DNA of 64,000 nucleotides from Octopus sinensis (taxonomy: Eukaryota). Positions 27,600 to 41,700 of the stretch are shown here, in pieces. The stretch is from positions 62,496,001-62,560,000 of the forward strand of contig NC_043006.1 of NCBI RefSeq assembly GCF_006345805.1. Reading direction: 5' to 3'. The translations under genes were made by a program, and so were the position numbers. The notes beneath the pieces were generated by a model. The model did no database searches. It saw only the letters and a list, made by a program, of their open reading frames with translations, and was not told the origin of the DNA. Each line of letters opens with the position of its first letter. The first letter of the stretch is position 1.

Positions 27600-28370
27600 G
27601 GAAAATGTTATAAAATGTATAAAGTAACCTTGTTTTGGGGAGAAATAACCGGTTTCATGTTTTCTCTTTCAAATTTCTAAATTTATTTACCGATGTTGTG
27701 TCATCTCTTCGGTATGAAGTGAAGTATGAGACTTGTAGACAAGGGAAAGTAATCAGGGACTTTTTCGCTATAAGGGAGATAATCAAAAATGCTGGGAATG
27801 ACAAAGAAGCCTTCACTATCATCTCCCAAAATTTACCAATGCTTCATAAGGACCCCGAATTAAAGGAAATTTTACACACACATGATCAATAACAGCCACA
27901 CACAACCGAAATCACTTTAAAAATCCTCACAAAAGCAAAATTATTTTCTAAAATGCCAGACACAAAAGTGAAGAAGTGTGATCAACCAAATTGCGCAACA
28001 TTCCCAAACCTTCAAGAAGGATCAAAATTCCTTCTGAAAAAGGGACAAAAACTCAAAATCAAATCTGACTTTACTTGTGCTTCAGAAAATCTGATTTATG
28101 TCATAAGATGCTCGGGCTGTCTCCAAAACTACATAAGGTACATGGGATTATCGCTCATACGCAGATGCCCTCTGCACCGACAGCAGATTGTATTCCTAGA
28201 ATACAGAATGATGCCCTCTATTGAACACAAAGAGAAATGCGCAAAGCAACTGCTACCACAATTAGTAATCTTTTCATTTTATCATTGTGCCGTTGGAACA
28301 CCAACACAAATTAGATTAAATGAGGAAACCTACTTCACTGAAAAATATAAGCCAAAATTTTATCATTTCT
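27600..28370 (+). mobile_element. Older Penelope-like fragment: inverted terminal repeat (27600-27785, with decayed U3:A8 hammerhead 27641-27678 on minus) joined to plus-strand Zn-finger/GIY-YIG
   Basis: ORF 27953-28372 KKCDQPNCAT..FTCASENLIYVIRCSGCLQNYIR is homologous to 51618-52055; 27641-27785 resembles 49040-49185. Confidence 0.85.
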
Positions 28371-29043
28371 AGCAATTTTAAACATCCATTTTTCGTCACC
28401 AATCAAAAGTCTATCCAAGAATGGTGACTTGTGTTCGCGAGAATGGAAAGAATGGCAGATGTCAACTCGGGATTTGCGGCTGCTTTCAAACAATTCATGA
28501 GGACCCCATTTTCCAAGTTTAGAAAGCTTTCCAAGTTGTTGAATATGATGAACTGTTGTATGGTTTGAACTAAGCTTTATTGCCAATTCTTCAAATGATA
28601 ATGCAGGAGTTTCTTCAAATAATGTTTCAAGGAAATTATCATCAACCTCAACTGGACGTCCTTTTCGATCTTCATCTTCAAGGCTGAAATCTCCACTTCT
28701 GAATTTTGCAAGCCATCTCCTGCAAGTTCTTTCATTCAAGCATTCTTTCCCATAAACTGAGAGTATGTTTCGAAACTTTGGATTCGCCTCGGTGGCAGAG
28801 TTTCCTTTTTTGTACTCAAAAATCATTGTGCCTTAAATGCTCTTTGGATACTCCCATGTTAGAAAGAGTTTTAATCAAAGAAATTTCAATTCTATTATTC
28901 TGTAAAATAATAGTTAATTACTTTAAACGTACACAAGTGCATAAGAATAATTTTTAATTCTAATAGATATTCTAAAATACTATTCAATTTCAATCAATTA
29001 TAAAAATGGTAAAATCGGACATAACTTATGGGATGACCTGATA
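28370..29043 (-). mobile_element. Mariner (Mos1/SETMAR-like) transposon, 5' half
   Basis: ORF 28335-28826: RNILSVYG..TCRRWLAKFRSGDFSLEDEDRKGRP..KLGKWGPHEL..GDEKW; TIR-like cggacataacttatgggatgacctgata at the right end. Confidence 0.92.
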
Positions 29044-29047
29044 TGTA

Positions 29048-29432
29048 GTAACTGTACTACAAAGTAAAGTCTATTTGCCAACGTAAAATGGCAGTCCTGA
29101 CTAGGATGGTGTTACTACCTTCTATAACCACAGTCACTGATTAGAGTCTCAGTTTAAAACTATATATCTCGAGCAAGGGCAAAGCTGCCATCTCTAGCCA
29201 AGGTTATCCTGTGACGGTGAAGAGAAATAACCCAGAAACCATTGGTCCGCAGGTACCGTTTAAGGCTGAGTGGGGATATTATCTCCCTTGTTCGAGCTAT
29301 AAGGACCCAGTTGTGCGTCGATAGCCATACGTAAAAGATGTTTGCTGGGGTCAAAAAAGGTAGCACCACCGTCCTAATCAGGACTGCCACTTTACGTTGG
29401 CATATAGACTTTACTCCGTCGTAACGTTATTA
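29048..29432. repeat. Short element with ~75-bp inverted ends
   Basis: agtaaagtctatttgccaacgtaaaatggcagtcctgactaggatggtg / caccgtcctaatcaggactgccactttacgttggcatatagactttact. Confidence 0.8.
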
Positions 29433-29557
29433 CTTATTTCTCGCTCAAAGATTTAAAACTAATTGTTTTTTCACCTTTTATATACATACATACACAAACA
29501 CACATACATTCATACATACATGCATACATGCATACATATATATACATATATATATGT

Positions 29558-29607
<50 letters not shown>

Positions 29608-30911
29608 ATATAAAATAAAAATGCGTTGGACATATGCAAATTTCAGAAACGGAGCAGCTATTAATTTAAATCCATCTCAAAATTACTATAATCATAAAAA
29701 TCTACTGGTGATGATACCGTATTTTTTTAGTTTATATTCGACTATATTATTCATGATGTCCTTTGGGGATGTAAAAACAGTATTTTATGATAGAATAAAA
29801 ATGCAACGTGTGGAGGCGTTGCAAATAGATAACTGCCAATTTATCTGATTATTACATTGTTTGTGGCTGATATGAAAGCCATCAACTAACATATGGCTGA
29901 TAGTTTAATCTTTGTAAGTGAAGTGAAATTTTTAAGACTGTTAACACCGTAAAAATTCTCCGATACTTATGGAGAAATATGCGTGTACATGGATACAACA
30001 TTATAAAATATTCTTTTCTTTGGCGGCTACACCATTTGCCGAGAACATAGAACGGTATAAAAGATATAGGTTATTTGCTGAAGGATAAGAAAGGTAAATG
30101 TTTAACATTCACAGTTACTCTGCGAATATTCCTGCACGTTACGTCTAGCATTTAAAATTTAGTAGACAGACTACAACGTAAAGTTTAGGATCGTGGATAA
30201 TGTATGCCTTACGTAAATGGTAGACGATGTATACCCTCAACTGCAAAGAAATCTCTAGAAACCTCTTGGATTACAAGTTTATTTTAACGTCAAAAGCGGG
30301 ACTCCTGACACTTGCATGCAGTTCACTAAGCGCATTTTAAGGTTTTTGTCAATATCAACAAGATAATCGTATTATCTCACTGGAACTCACAGAGACACAG
30401 TTCATCAAAAGTGGAATTTTTATCCCTATCATTTTCCACAACTACTTTTACCAATTTTTGCATAGTATTCTTAAATTTCCACATGCAGCTTCTCATTCCT
30501 CTTTTTTTCCAAATTCCCAATTGTTTATTAACTAAGAATAGCAATATTTTGTTTTTTAACTTAAATTGATACTCCATTCATTATCTGAAATGTTTATTAA
30601 TTATTAATTGGTTTTATATATACACATGTATATATATATATATGTTTGGTCGGGTATCTATGAAGGTAGGTAGATTGGTAGCTAGGTACGTAGGTAGGTA
30701 TGTATGTATGTATGTATGTATGTATGTAGGTTGGTAGTTATAAGGGTAGGTAGGTAGTCAGACAGGTAGTCAGGTAGGTAGCTAGGTAGTGCAAATTTGC
30801 ACATGCTTTACGTGTTTCGTCTTGCAATTAGTCATCTACCAAAGTATATATGGTAGAATACTGTCCACTTTAACTTTCTCTTCCTCTTTCTCTGAAACTC
30901 CTGCCCCTACC

Positions 30912-30943
<32 letters not shown>

Positions 30944-31639
30944 ACATTCAACAGTATTTTAAGATATATTCGATTATCGTCGATGTTCTTTTCACTAAAT
31001 CAATTCAATTTTATTTTTATCCATGAAATATCACCTGTTTTATGGTTATCATTTGTCATCCCATGCAGACAGCTACAAGCACCCTTCTGTGTTGATATAT
31101 GTATATGTATATATAGATAAAACGTACTTGGAAAAGGATGCGTGGCGTTCGGGGTGGGTGTATATATATATATATATATATATGTAGATATTTATTTGTT
31201 CGTTTGTGTTAGTTCTACCACCATTGCTTGGTAAGCGATGTTGGTGATTTTGCTTCCCCACAAACTAGTGGTTTGGCAAAAGGAAGCAATAGAATAAGTA
31301 CTAGTCTTACGAAGAATAAGCCTTGAGGTCGATTTGTTCGCCGAAAGGCGTTGCCCCACCATGGCCCCAGCCAAATGACTCAAACAAAATAAAATAGTAA
31401 AAGAATTAAAGAATATATAATATGTGTGTGCGTGTGAGTGCTTATACCGCAATCATCATATCCTAATCAAATTGGACGTATTTTTCGAACGCCAAAGATT
31501 GTAAAATTTGTGTCACAACTTGTTAAATGATGGAAGACCTATTAGCTCCTTTAATACACTTTCAAAAGCAACATCAACAGCAACAGGAGTTGCAGAATCA
31601 ATTAGTACAGTAATAACTACAACAACAATTATTGGAGTT

Positions 31640-32760
31640 ATACTGAAATAAGTCCGAAAATGCGGCAAGTTCGCTTTTGCTAGACAGCATATCGAAATCC
31701 ATAACAGTATTCAGTTATAACGCAGAGTGTGGTACAACATTTACAGCGAACTACAGAAGTTACGAGGAGATTTGTAACGAAAATTACAAAACATGGTAGG
31801 AAGACGAAAAAGTAAGTTTATTATTACGTAAATTAGCTCCGTTTATGCTTGAATGATACCGTAATTTCATATTGCCCAAAAAGCCTAGTGAAATTTGCTT
31901 TCAGGGAATTCAAATTGCATTCAAATTACTGTCTAACATGTTCGGTGATAAAACATCTTAATTTAACACTGGAATGGAGTGTTGGAATTTAACTTAAAAA
32001 AGAGGATAATAACGTTATTAAGTATGCAGGAACAGTCAGCAGAATGTGTGAAAGATCTCTAAGTGCCTCATTTTCGTACAAGGCCTCACAGCAAAAGAAG
32101 ATATAGATCTACGGGTAAGAATGCTTTCAAATCTTGAACAAGCGAACCAAGACTTAACCCTGCAGACTGTTGCAGAAGAGTGTGAAAGGATGGTAAACCT
32201 GAAACACGAAGAGAAATTCAATAAAAGTATTTCGCAAAAATACAGATATGTCGACATACAGATATGTCGACTAAAGAAGATTGTTCTAATCCATGTCACG
32301 AGTGTGTTGGCCTACATTTCACATAAGATTGTTCTTTTAAATACCAAATATGTTACAGTTGTCAAACATTTGTTCACAAGACTTCATACTGGCAGAACGA
32401 AGATCAAATGTAAAAAATTCTAAAGTGCTCTTAGCAGAAAGTAAAATCGACTCTCAAATAAGTAAATTTGTACATGTAAAAGAGAACGGATTAAATATCA
32501 AATTACAACTGGATACCGGTAGTGGCATTCAAATCATTAACACCGACAGGTGGAAAAAATAGAGAAACATATTTTTTTCAAAATATAGCGAAAACTGCAC
32601 GTGACGGGTGACAAACTACAATCTGCAGGCGGAATGTAGAATAATGTCGCATTTCGAGGAAAAATTGTAAGGCAAAAGTTTTTGTCGTAAAGAACGCAAC
32701 CAATATCTTTGATGCGGACTGGTTGGAGTTATTTGACTTGTGGGCTCTTCCAACAAGCCG
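31640..32760 (+). mobile_element. Decayed Ty3/Gypsy gag-protease
   Basis: KVSLLLRKL, ILPKKPSEI, KCLIFVQGLTAKEDIDLRVRMLSNLEQ..LTLQTVAEECERMVNLK, IKLQLDTGSGIQIIN (aspartic protease DTG). Confidence 0.8.
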
Positions 32761-32971
32761 CTAACGTAAAAAATTAAACAGCTGCCCCACCAGTGAAAAG
32801 AATGCTGCGGCTGAATTGCAGAAAAAAACTTCAAAACTTGCACTAAGAATAAGTACAAGGTAAAACTACTTGCTTTTATAGCAAGTTTATGCAGGTAGCT
32901 TATCCCTCCCTTACGACTTTTAGTCCATTCAACTGAAAAAAAACCCGCATTATTTATGGGATGACACAATA

Positions 32972-33136
32972 TATGTGTATATACGACAGTCTTCTTTCAG
33001 TTTCTGTCTACCAAATCCATTCATAAGACTTTGGTCGACCCAAGTCTATAACGGAAGACACCTGCCCACGGTGCCACGCAGTGGGACTAAATCTGGAACC
33101 ATGTAGTTGCGAAGCAAGCTTATTACCACACAGCCA
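32972..33136 (-). mobile_element. SINE family A, 5' half (a more diverged 5' half is at 35930-36080)
   Basis: Reverse complement of the tRNA head and core of 7687-7860. Confidence 0.85.
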
Positions 33137-34529
33137 TTTTACGCGACTAATTTCCAAAACAACATTGCCGCAGATGAATTGGACAGCTGATCAGTCGAAC
33201 CGATAGAATGTCGTACATAGTTTGCTGTGGTATTTCTTCTACGTTTTCTGTTATGATTTCAAATCCCGTTCTCATAAACTCTGCTTTTGAATATTCTGCA
33301 TTTGATAAACTAAATTAGCAGCCATGCGCTCGGTTTGATATAAACGACTGAAAAATTCCTCTCTCCAAATATCTGACTAATATCAGACATTATTAGTAAA
33401 TCAAGAGGGAGGCAAGCTGTCAGAAAAAAAATATTTCGCGTTATTTCTTCTGGTTATGTGTTGAGTTCAAATCGTACTGAGTTTCATTTTCGTCTCACTA
33501 GATTCGATAAAATAAACTAGTAGATAAAATAAACTACCCCTGGGATTGATGGTTTAATCTAAAACCCGCTGATCAAAGTTGCTGTTCTTTCTCCTGAACC
33601 AGAAACCATTATTTCATCCATAGAATGAACAATATTGAAAATAAGTAACAATAGCTCTATAATGCAATCAGATTCTTATTGGGGTTCACCTTGATTTTCT
33701 TCCCTTCGATTTTATAAACTACCAATAATGTCCATGATTCAAATAATACTGTGTATCTTACAAATACGTGGCCAAGTATCAATTTACGAAGTTAGTATCG
33801 ATTAAATCATAATACTTGATTTAGCATTCGGTTATATATAAAAGACAAATAAGTCGATACTCATGAATATTTCTCATAGAATTTGAGTCGAAATCAAAAA
33901 GTAGTTGAAGATTACCACCTTGAATTCGAGCTGCGGAATTCCATTTACGACGGATCACTTTCTTTCCTAGTATGCTAACGTCTGTATATCAGTGATAATA
34001 TCTTTAGCAGAATTAGTTCTGTAGAGAAGGGAGTATTGCCTATTACGTTGTCATTATATAATTAGTTGTTGTAAATTCTGGTGTTGTTAATGAAAGTGTT
34101 CCAGCCAGTAGAATATCGTATGTTTTTATATCTTCAACTATATATATTTTTCAATGTGTCACTAATTTGTTGTGAAGCCGTGTGACATCAAAGGCGATTG
34201 TTTGTTGCATGTTCAATCACAACAGAAGATGGACAAATTAGGAAATAGTAACAATATGAATTACAATTTTGATGATGCTAACTTTCCTTTCCTTTTCACC
34301 TATCTGTGCAGTTTGTGTGAAGCATTTAACAGCAAGGGTGTAAGGTATTTGTGGACATACCATTTTTGTTCTACAAGGTGTGTAAAGTATTTGAGGACAT
34401 ACCATTTTCGGGTCATTGCTGCATTTTTGTTAATTCTGTATAATCTTTGTTTCAGAAAATAATAATGGCAGATCCTCAGCTTACTCAACAAATAACGAGG
34501 CATACTGTTATTGCGGTTATAAAGGTAGA

Positions 34530-35566
34530 TCATAGATATTTCGTCTACAAAGTTTGAAAGGAGGTAGAGGCTGACGATCGTAACATATCACCAGTATCAA
34601 AGCATATAAAGCAAAGCATTCGAAACGCTTTGAAATGATCGGAACATCTGAATTTATCCAGCAAGTTCAACAGACCATTGATTACAATCCCAGAAATTCC
34701 GAGAGGTCAATTGCAAAAATTCTCCATGTGTCAGAAGGAACAGCCAGAAATGTTAACCACAAAGACATCAGATATAAGTCTTATATAATGCGGAAAGGTC
34801 AACCTGTCAGAAAAAGCAGAAGAAAATCACTACATTAGATTTAAAAGGCTTTTAAACTAACTGAAAATTCTAGCAGAAACATTTGATTTTCGTTTTTCTC
34901 AAATTAGAAGATCTTCAACCAAGATCAAAACGTTAACAGAAGAAAAGACATGATTGTGTGCAGACCATCCTGAACTTCCAGGTATTATGTACATTATCAG
35001 TCATGATTTTAGGGATTGTCAGCAATGAAGGACATGTTACTCCTTACTTCTTTCCACAAGGTCTTAGAGTTAACACTACCGCCTATACTGACGTCCTGGA
35101 AATAATTGTTAAGCGATGGATTGACAGTATATGCCTTGGAAGGTCATATGTGTTTCTGAAAGACTCAACACTATCGCACATAGCTCTAGTAACACAGGAA
35201 TGGATGACTGAAAATTTTGATGATCAGATAACACCTAACATTTGGCCTAATTCCCCAGATCTCAATCCATTGCATTATTACATGTGAAACGTTGTTGAGA
35301 AAGAGGTCAATGAACACACCCATAGCACCAAAGATTCTTTGAAAGCTGCCATAGTCAGAGTAATGTCCAAAGTGAACCAGAAACTCTTTATTCGAGATTC
35401 TAGGTGATTTAGATCTCATATAGAAGCAGTTGTTGAAGCTGAAGGTAGCTTTATTGAATAACTTTATAGAGAACAAGATTTTCTTTTATCCTCGTAGCTT
35501 TTCTTGATAAATAAAGCTACCTGTTGTTTTATAAACATCAATCTCTCCTCAAATATCTTATGCACC

Positions 35567-35570
<4 letters not shown>
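34530..35570 (+). mobile_element. maT/DD37D-like Tc1-mariner transposon, decayed
   Basis: RSIAKILHVSEGTARNV, SVMILGIVSNEGHV, YVFLKDSTLSH, WPNSPDLNPLHYY; right end aaatatcttatgcaccctg-TA. Confidence 0.85.
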
Positions 35571-35621
<51 letters not shown>

Positions 35622-37121
35622 ATATACATACATATATATATACACACACATATATATATACTTATATATCGAAGGGTGCAAAGTCCCTAATATATATATA
35701 TATATATATATATATGTCATACGATATCGTGTATATTTGACTAATATATAGTCTTCTTGACTAATTGTTTTGCACGTAAGACCACTGGAAATGTAAATTT
35801 TGATTGAATGTTTTAATTTTGATTAAATTCCATTTCCTTTTGACATGATTATATATATATATATATAATTCCATAAGCAAATTCACATACAAACCGTACG
35901 TAGGTGCATATGTCAGAGAATCAATGCGACGAGCTACTCTATGGTTTCCCTTTTCCTAATACACTCACTGGATATTGGCCGATCTGGCCTACAGTAGAAA
36001 ACACTTCGCTTTGGTACGGAGTAGTGGGACTGGCCACCAACGTGCTTGCAAAGTGAATTTCGTAGCCGCACTGCCGTATTTGTGGGCAATGTGTAATAGA
36101 GCAAGCATTCATATAGTTGAATTGCCGCATACACTTTTTTCTGCCCTTATATGTTTTGGTATGCACGAAAGCAAAGATGAAAAAATTATATTCATTCAAA
36201 TAACAATCGCAATGCTACACACGTTCAAGGGAGATAGGTGTTAACAATAGAAGTCTTTTGAATGGATTTGAGTGTGTATGATATAAGCCGATACGACGCT
36301 TTACCGATAGTCAAATAAAATTTTCAATTTAAGATGAGTGATGCCGTTGAATATGAGATTCACCTAAACAAAAGAAGTTCATTTTATTTGCTTGGAGCGT
36401 GTGTCACTACGGTAAAAATCTGACTAGTGTTCAACAGTTATGCATTTCAAATCATTCAACCAAAATTTCAATTTATTTTGACAAAAGGGTTCAATATGAG
36501 AGGCACGTAAAGAAGAAAAAAACCGGCTTTGATTATTTTGAAGCGTGTCTCCTTATACGCAGAGAATATCCGGTATTCAAACAGTATGCATTTAAAAATA
36601 TTTCAACTAAAATTGCGATTTGAATGGGTGTTTCTGATAGAATTTCTCTTGAATTATATTTTCGTTTACTTTCAGATTACGGAGTTCGCAGCAATTGTTC
36701 CTATAATATTAAGATTTGGCATGATTAAGTATCTTCCCAATTGTAATCATTGCTGGTACAGTTTGGTTTTAAGAGCTACTCCGATTAATTTGTGTCAAAA
36801 GAACTCGTCGTTTTTCTGAGATCATTATTTATTTAACTTAAGGATGATAATTCAAAGATCTCTAATCTTTAGAAAATGAATCATCATCTATATATATTTG
36901 GTGCAATAAACTTCCATTTAGAAAGCCACAAGATATATAACATTCATGTTAAGGGGTACTGAAATTGGCCCAGAGAGAAACTGGTTATTTTTTATGCAAT
37001 ATTTGTACTTTTGAGGTAAAGTTTTGAGTAAAAGTTTGAGGTAAAGTATTCTTAATAAAAAAATCTTATGAAATGTTTAGTGAAAATGAAAAGGGCAGAA
37101 CAGAGTATTAAAATAAATATT

Positions 37122-38002
37122 GCAGTACTTTGACTTATGAATGTCCCAACAAACGAGTTTTTCGAGATACGAGCCGTCAATCGGCCGATTTTTTGCTTTG
37201 ACTTGCAAGGTAAAATTTGGGTTACGAACCAGCTTCAGATACCCCGCTGCTAGTTGGCGTAGCGAACATCACAGTGAGCAACGCAATAGCCACCCAGCAT
37301 CCTGTGTCTGATTCGATATCTAGACAGACATGCATGTTAGCAAGTGCGAAGATCATTAATAGATCGATAGCTAGACAGACATAAGTGTTAGCAAGTACGA
37401 TGCTCGTTGGTGGATCGTTAGCTAGACGGGTGATAAAATGCTTACTTAGCAGAAGCGTCAGTGTTGTGTTTGCGATTAAAATGAATGTTATTTTGGAAAA
37501 CTTCGCTTTTCAAACCATGGGTCCGAAGAAAGTAAGTGCGAAGCACAGTGCTGAGAAGAAGCGGGGTGATGTGCATTGAATTAAAGAAATAAAGTATCTA
37601 AAAACAGACCAAGGTGTGCGTGTAGTTGACATGGGGAAGGGGGAAGCAGCACGAGCGTGGCACTTCTCCCATCTGCACCATACTGAAGCAGGAGTCGACA
37701 AAGGCTATAACGACTGCCAAAGGTGTTAAAACAATCTGTAAACTGCGGATATCCATCTATGAAAATATGAAGAAGCTGCAGGTGGTGTGGTTGACGGAGA
37801 AAGAGCTTGCAGGAGATACCGTGACGGAGACTATAATCTGCGAAAATGCACGAGCTATTTGCAATCATTTGCTGCAGCAGACTCCAGGCATTTGTACGGA
37901 CGAGGCATCGAGCGAGCCGTTTAGAACTAGTAAGTGTTCGTTCGACAACTTTAAAAAGAGAACCGACATTCCCCCTTCTTGTCAGGCTTGGTGAGGCAGC
38001 GA
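37122..38002 (+). mobile_element. Tigger/pogo transposon 5' part (CENP-B-type HTH domains)
   Basis: Starts CAGT; MGPKKVSAK.., ICTILKQ, MKKLQVVWLTEKELAGDTVTETIICENA, FDNFKKRT, VRLGEAA. Confidence 0.88.
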
Positions 38003-38059
38003 GATGCGTCACAATCATATGTGTGGACATGGTGATACAATATCAAAATTAACAGCTAT

Positions 38060-38600
38060 TGACCTTGTAGGTGGGGCGCAGTTAGAATTATTTATGGTCG
38101 AGTAGCCCATCCTGCTCAAAAGGTCCCTCATTAAGGGTTGTTTAAGGATGCTGAACGAAACACCCATGCATCTTGAGGCGAATTATCCAAACCCCAAAGA
38201 ATTTCTCTCAACACATGGCTACGATGCTCCCCCACTACTTCTGCTTGTGATCAGAAATGCACATATCGTTAGCCACTAAGAGACATGTTCAACTTATTAA
38301 TGTTATTATTGTTATTATTATTAATGCACAAAATGCTGATCTCATATCAGGATAAACAGCGTTTGACCTTACAGTTGGAGCACTGTTAGAACTTCCGTTT
38401 GGTCGAGTAGCTTATCCCGATCAAAAGGTCCCTGAATAAGGTCTGTCTAAGGACGATGAATGAAACACAGCAATTTATCCAAACCCCAAAGAATTCCTTT
38501 TAACATATGGCTACGATGCACTCCCACTACCTCTGCTTGTGATCAGAGATGTACTTATCGTCAGCCACCAAGAGACATGCTCAACTGACTATGGTAAAAA
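38060..38600 (+). repeat. Two diverged tandem copies (~230 bp) of an unclassified repeat
   Basis: 38060-38295 vs 38364-38590 share ggtcgagtagc, caaaaggtccct, tatccaaaccccaaagaatt, ggctacgatgc, ctgcttgtgatcaga. Confidence 0.85.
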
Positions 38601-38708
38601 AAACTGACAAGCAAATATGTGGTATTCAGTAGAATATTTGCTGTAACCATCTTTTATACCAAAAGAAAACAATTACTATTTTGTTTACATCATATTATTG
38701 TTTACATA

Positions 38709-38751
<43 letters not shown>

Positions 38752-41700
38752 CATTATATTCATCATCATCATCATCATTATAATTTGTTTACTCAAAGTT
38801 TGAATTTTGCGCCTCAGTATAACAGTTGATTGTTTTGCTAATGGAAAACTATATACAAGTAATTTTCACTATATTATCTGCATTAACAAGCAGCCGTTAT
38901 AACGAGCAATACTTATAAATTGTAACTTTTCTTTCGATTTCCTCAGTGTGTACTATACGCTTATAAATCTAAGGTGATAAAGAAATAAATTGGATGTAAG
39001 TTATATCTTCACTAAACTTTAACTCTAAATCTCTCAAATAGTAACCCAAACTATTTTTTCTGACACTATCAAAATATTGGTTATTAATAAGACAATAATG
39101 ATTTTACTTCATCCAGAGATTCTACAATCAAAATAACTATGCCACGAGCATAATTTTCATTTAATGAAGATTTATGGCTGAGGAGGAATTGTGTTAAGTT
39201 GATATACCGATCAGTGGCCCATGCTTTCCCGAAAAGTTTGAGACGTGTCTTTAATATTTTAAAAATTTCAATAATTTCCAGCATTATTTATTATTTCCAG
39301 CATTATTTAGATTCAAGTGGGTGTTTTTTTCTGTGAAATTATGAAACTATTTACACATAAATGTCACTCAAGATATAGGTTATATATTAATTTTCAATAA
39401 GATTTGTAATTATAATTTCGTAACTGGCCATCTCTCCTCTGATTTTTGAAAAGTATAATTACTGGTATGTATGTTAGTAACATACATATCTATGTATGTT
39501 AGTAACATACATATCTAAGAGTCGAAAAAAATTAGATCGTTAGGACAACACTGATGTTGCTTTGTTGTTGTTAGAATTGTGTTAATGTCTGCAGGATAAG
39601 TAATACGTATCATTGTGCACACAGTGTTTCCTCTGTCTCAGATCTATTGGGACTTCATTGGACAGACAGCTTTGCAGGAACAATTCACTAGTATTTTTTA
39701 TAGGATGAGAACTTTTTGGATAAAATGGACTATCATTACTACAAATAATGTTATAAAACTACAGCATACGGCATCGATAGATAGTACCATTATATCATAT
39801 TCAGATTTCTGGTTATGACGCCGATCGTAGTTTTGATGTTATTCATTCTACATAGTATACATTGTAGCAGCTATGTGCTTAGCTTGCATCCCTATGCTTT
39901 TGTATATCGTATTTATTTGTTGTTAGTTTTTCTTCCTAGAGTAGTAAACCTTGCACTTCAAAGTGAGAGCAACTATGTTTTCTTTTCTACGAATGTTGCT
40001 GATAAGTAAAAACCTTCCCAACTGATAGTCAGTCGCGGGAAAGTTGTGCGATTTTTGTGGATTCTGTCCCTAGACACCAGCGGGTGGATATATTATAAAG
40101 AATCCCTATCCATCTGGTGTCATTCTATTAGCATCAAGTATATAGTGTTCCTACACTGATGCATTTTAATATTTGATTGATCTGTAGATTTGGGCGAAAA
40201 GATATAAAACCATTAACAGGCTATATTAATATGTCTCCTTTCCTGTTTCCACTTTTGATAATATCACTATTGGTGCAGATATTTATGATGAAAATTATTT
40301 TTCCTTTTTTTGCTTGGGTATTAATCTCAGTGGTCAAAAACTAATCTACTGTCTTAACGGAGTAACCTGTCAGAATGCGAACCGTTTCAGTAATCATATT
40401 GTAGACTCCCTACTTTATCATATACGAAAATACCTTAAGATCATGATATTTGCTCCGGAAATGGTCAAAACATATTTTTTATATCTACCCTTGGGTAACT
40501 GTAGATTCCCGCTCCTATTATTGTTTCTCCCGTATGAAGAATCATGGGGCATCTCTTAACCTATAATACTCCCATCAAATGAATTTTTTTATATCATCTA
40601 TACTCTGGTCATAGTTATAAGGTTTTCAACAGAAAATATATATATTTCAAGTTGGTGATATTTCTGTTTTCTTTTCTTTTGTGCGCCAATGCACTAGTTT
40701 TCAGATTTTCGCAATAACAATAGAATGATAATAGTATGATTTTTAAATATAAAAGTAAACAATATACCTTGAGATGTACCCTTGATTTATCCTATCAAAA
40801 AGAGTTAGCTCTTCTTGTAATCTTGTCAGAATTTAACCAAACTTTTTCAGGAACTTTTCTTATGACCTCACTCCTTCTGCAACACAAAATAAAGGATAAG
40901 AGCATAGGAAGTTGATGAGAAATTGCCTAAAAATGTTTCTTCCCAGCTTAGTGTTCAGGTATGGTTGTTAATCATCATATCAGAATAGAAGCATACGGGC
41001 TGCTTATTTTTTTACACACAAGACACTGTCATGCACATAATCGGCAAATTTTCGCAATTTTAAGGATTTGGTTTATTCATGCCAAGTTGTTATATTTACA
41101 TGTACCTACTGAGAGCTTGCTAGTAAATATCAATAACGTACATCAGTATGATGGTCAGTTGCCGAAATTAGAATCTTAGCTTTCACAATCTCAATATTTT
41201 CAGCATTGTATGCTCATTCGTCCACCACAGAGACACCACCTCTATGGTTTTCCTTTCTGCTGTATAGTATTCTGATCAAACTGCTTATAAGATTCCAGAT
41301 TTTCCTGCAGAATGTAGCAATATCCTATTAAAATGCTTGTAATTTTTTTTTTACTATACCAATCAACGTCTTTATTTAACTGAATTTTGATTTCAACTGA
41401 ATCTATCGTTAGCTGGTTTTCTTTCAGTTACTCTCTTCTGGTGATGGAGATTTTCACAAATTCACACACTCCAACGACGGTGAGGATTTTGCAATCAAGT
41501 ATTATTTAACAACTCCAAGTATTGCTTCTGTATTGCTTTTTGTCCCCAATTTTTGTTGTTGCCACAGGCAGGTATTTAAGTTTTGGTACGCGATAAGTAC
41601 CATGTCGTTCGTTACCATTATCCTTTAGAGCAGGTGTATATTTTTCTTGTTTCAATAATCCGTGATGACATATAATTTAATGCTATTATTTTTGCATTTC

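Noticed and set aside
34333-34408. Two ~41-bp direct repeats resembling a CRISPR pair
   Set aside because: Only two adjacent imperfect units in eukaryotic TE-flanking DNA, with no spacers or cas genes.
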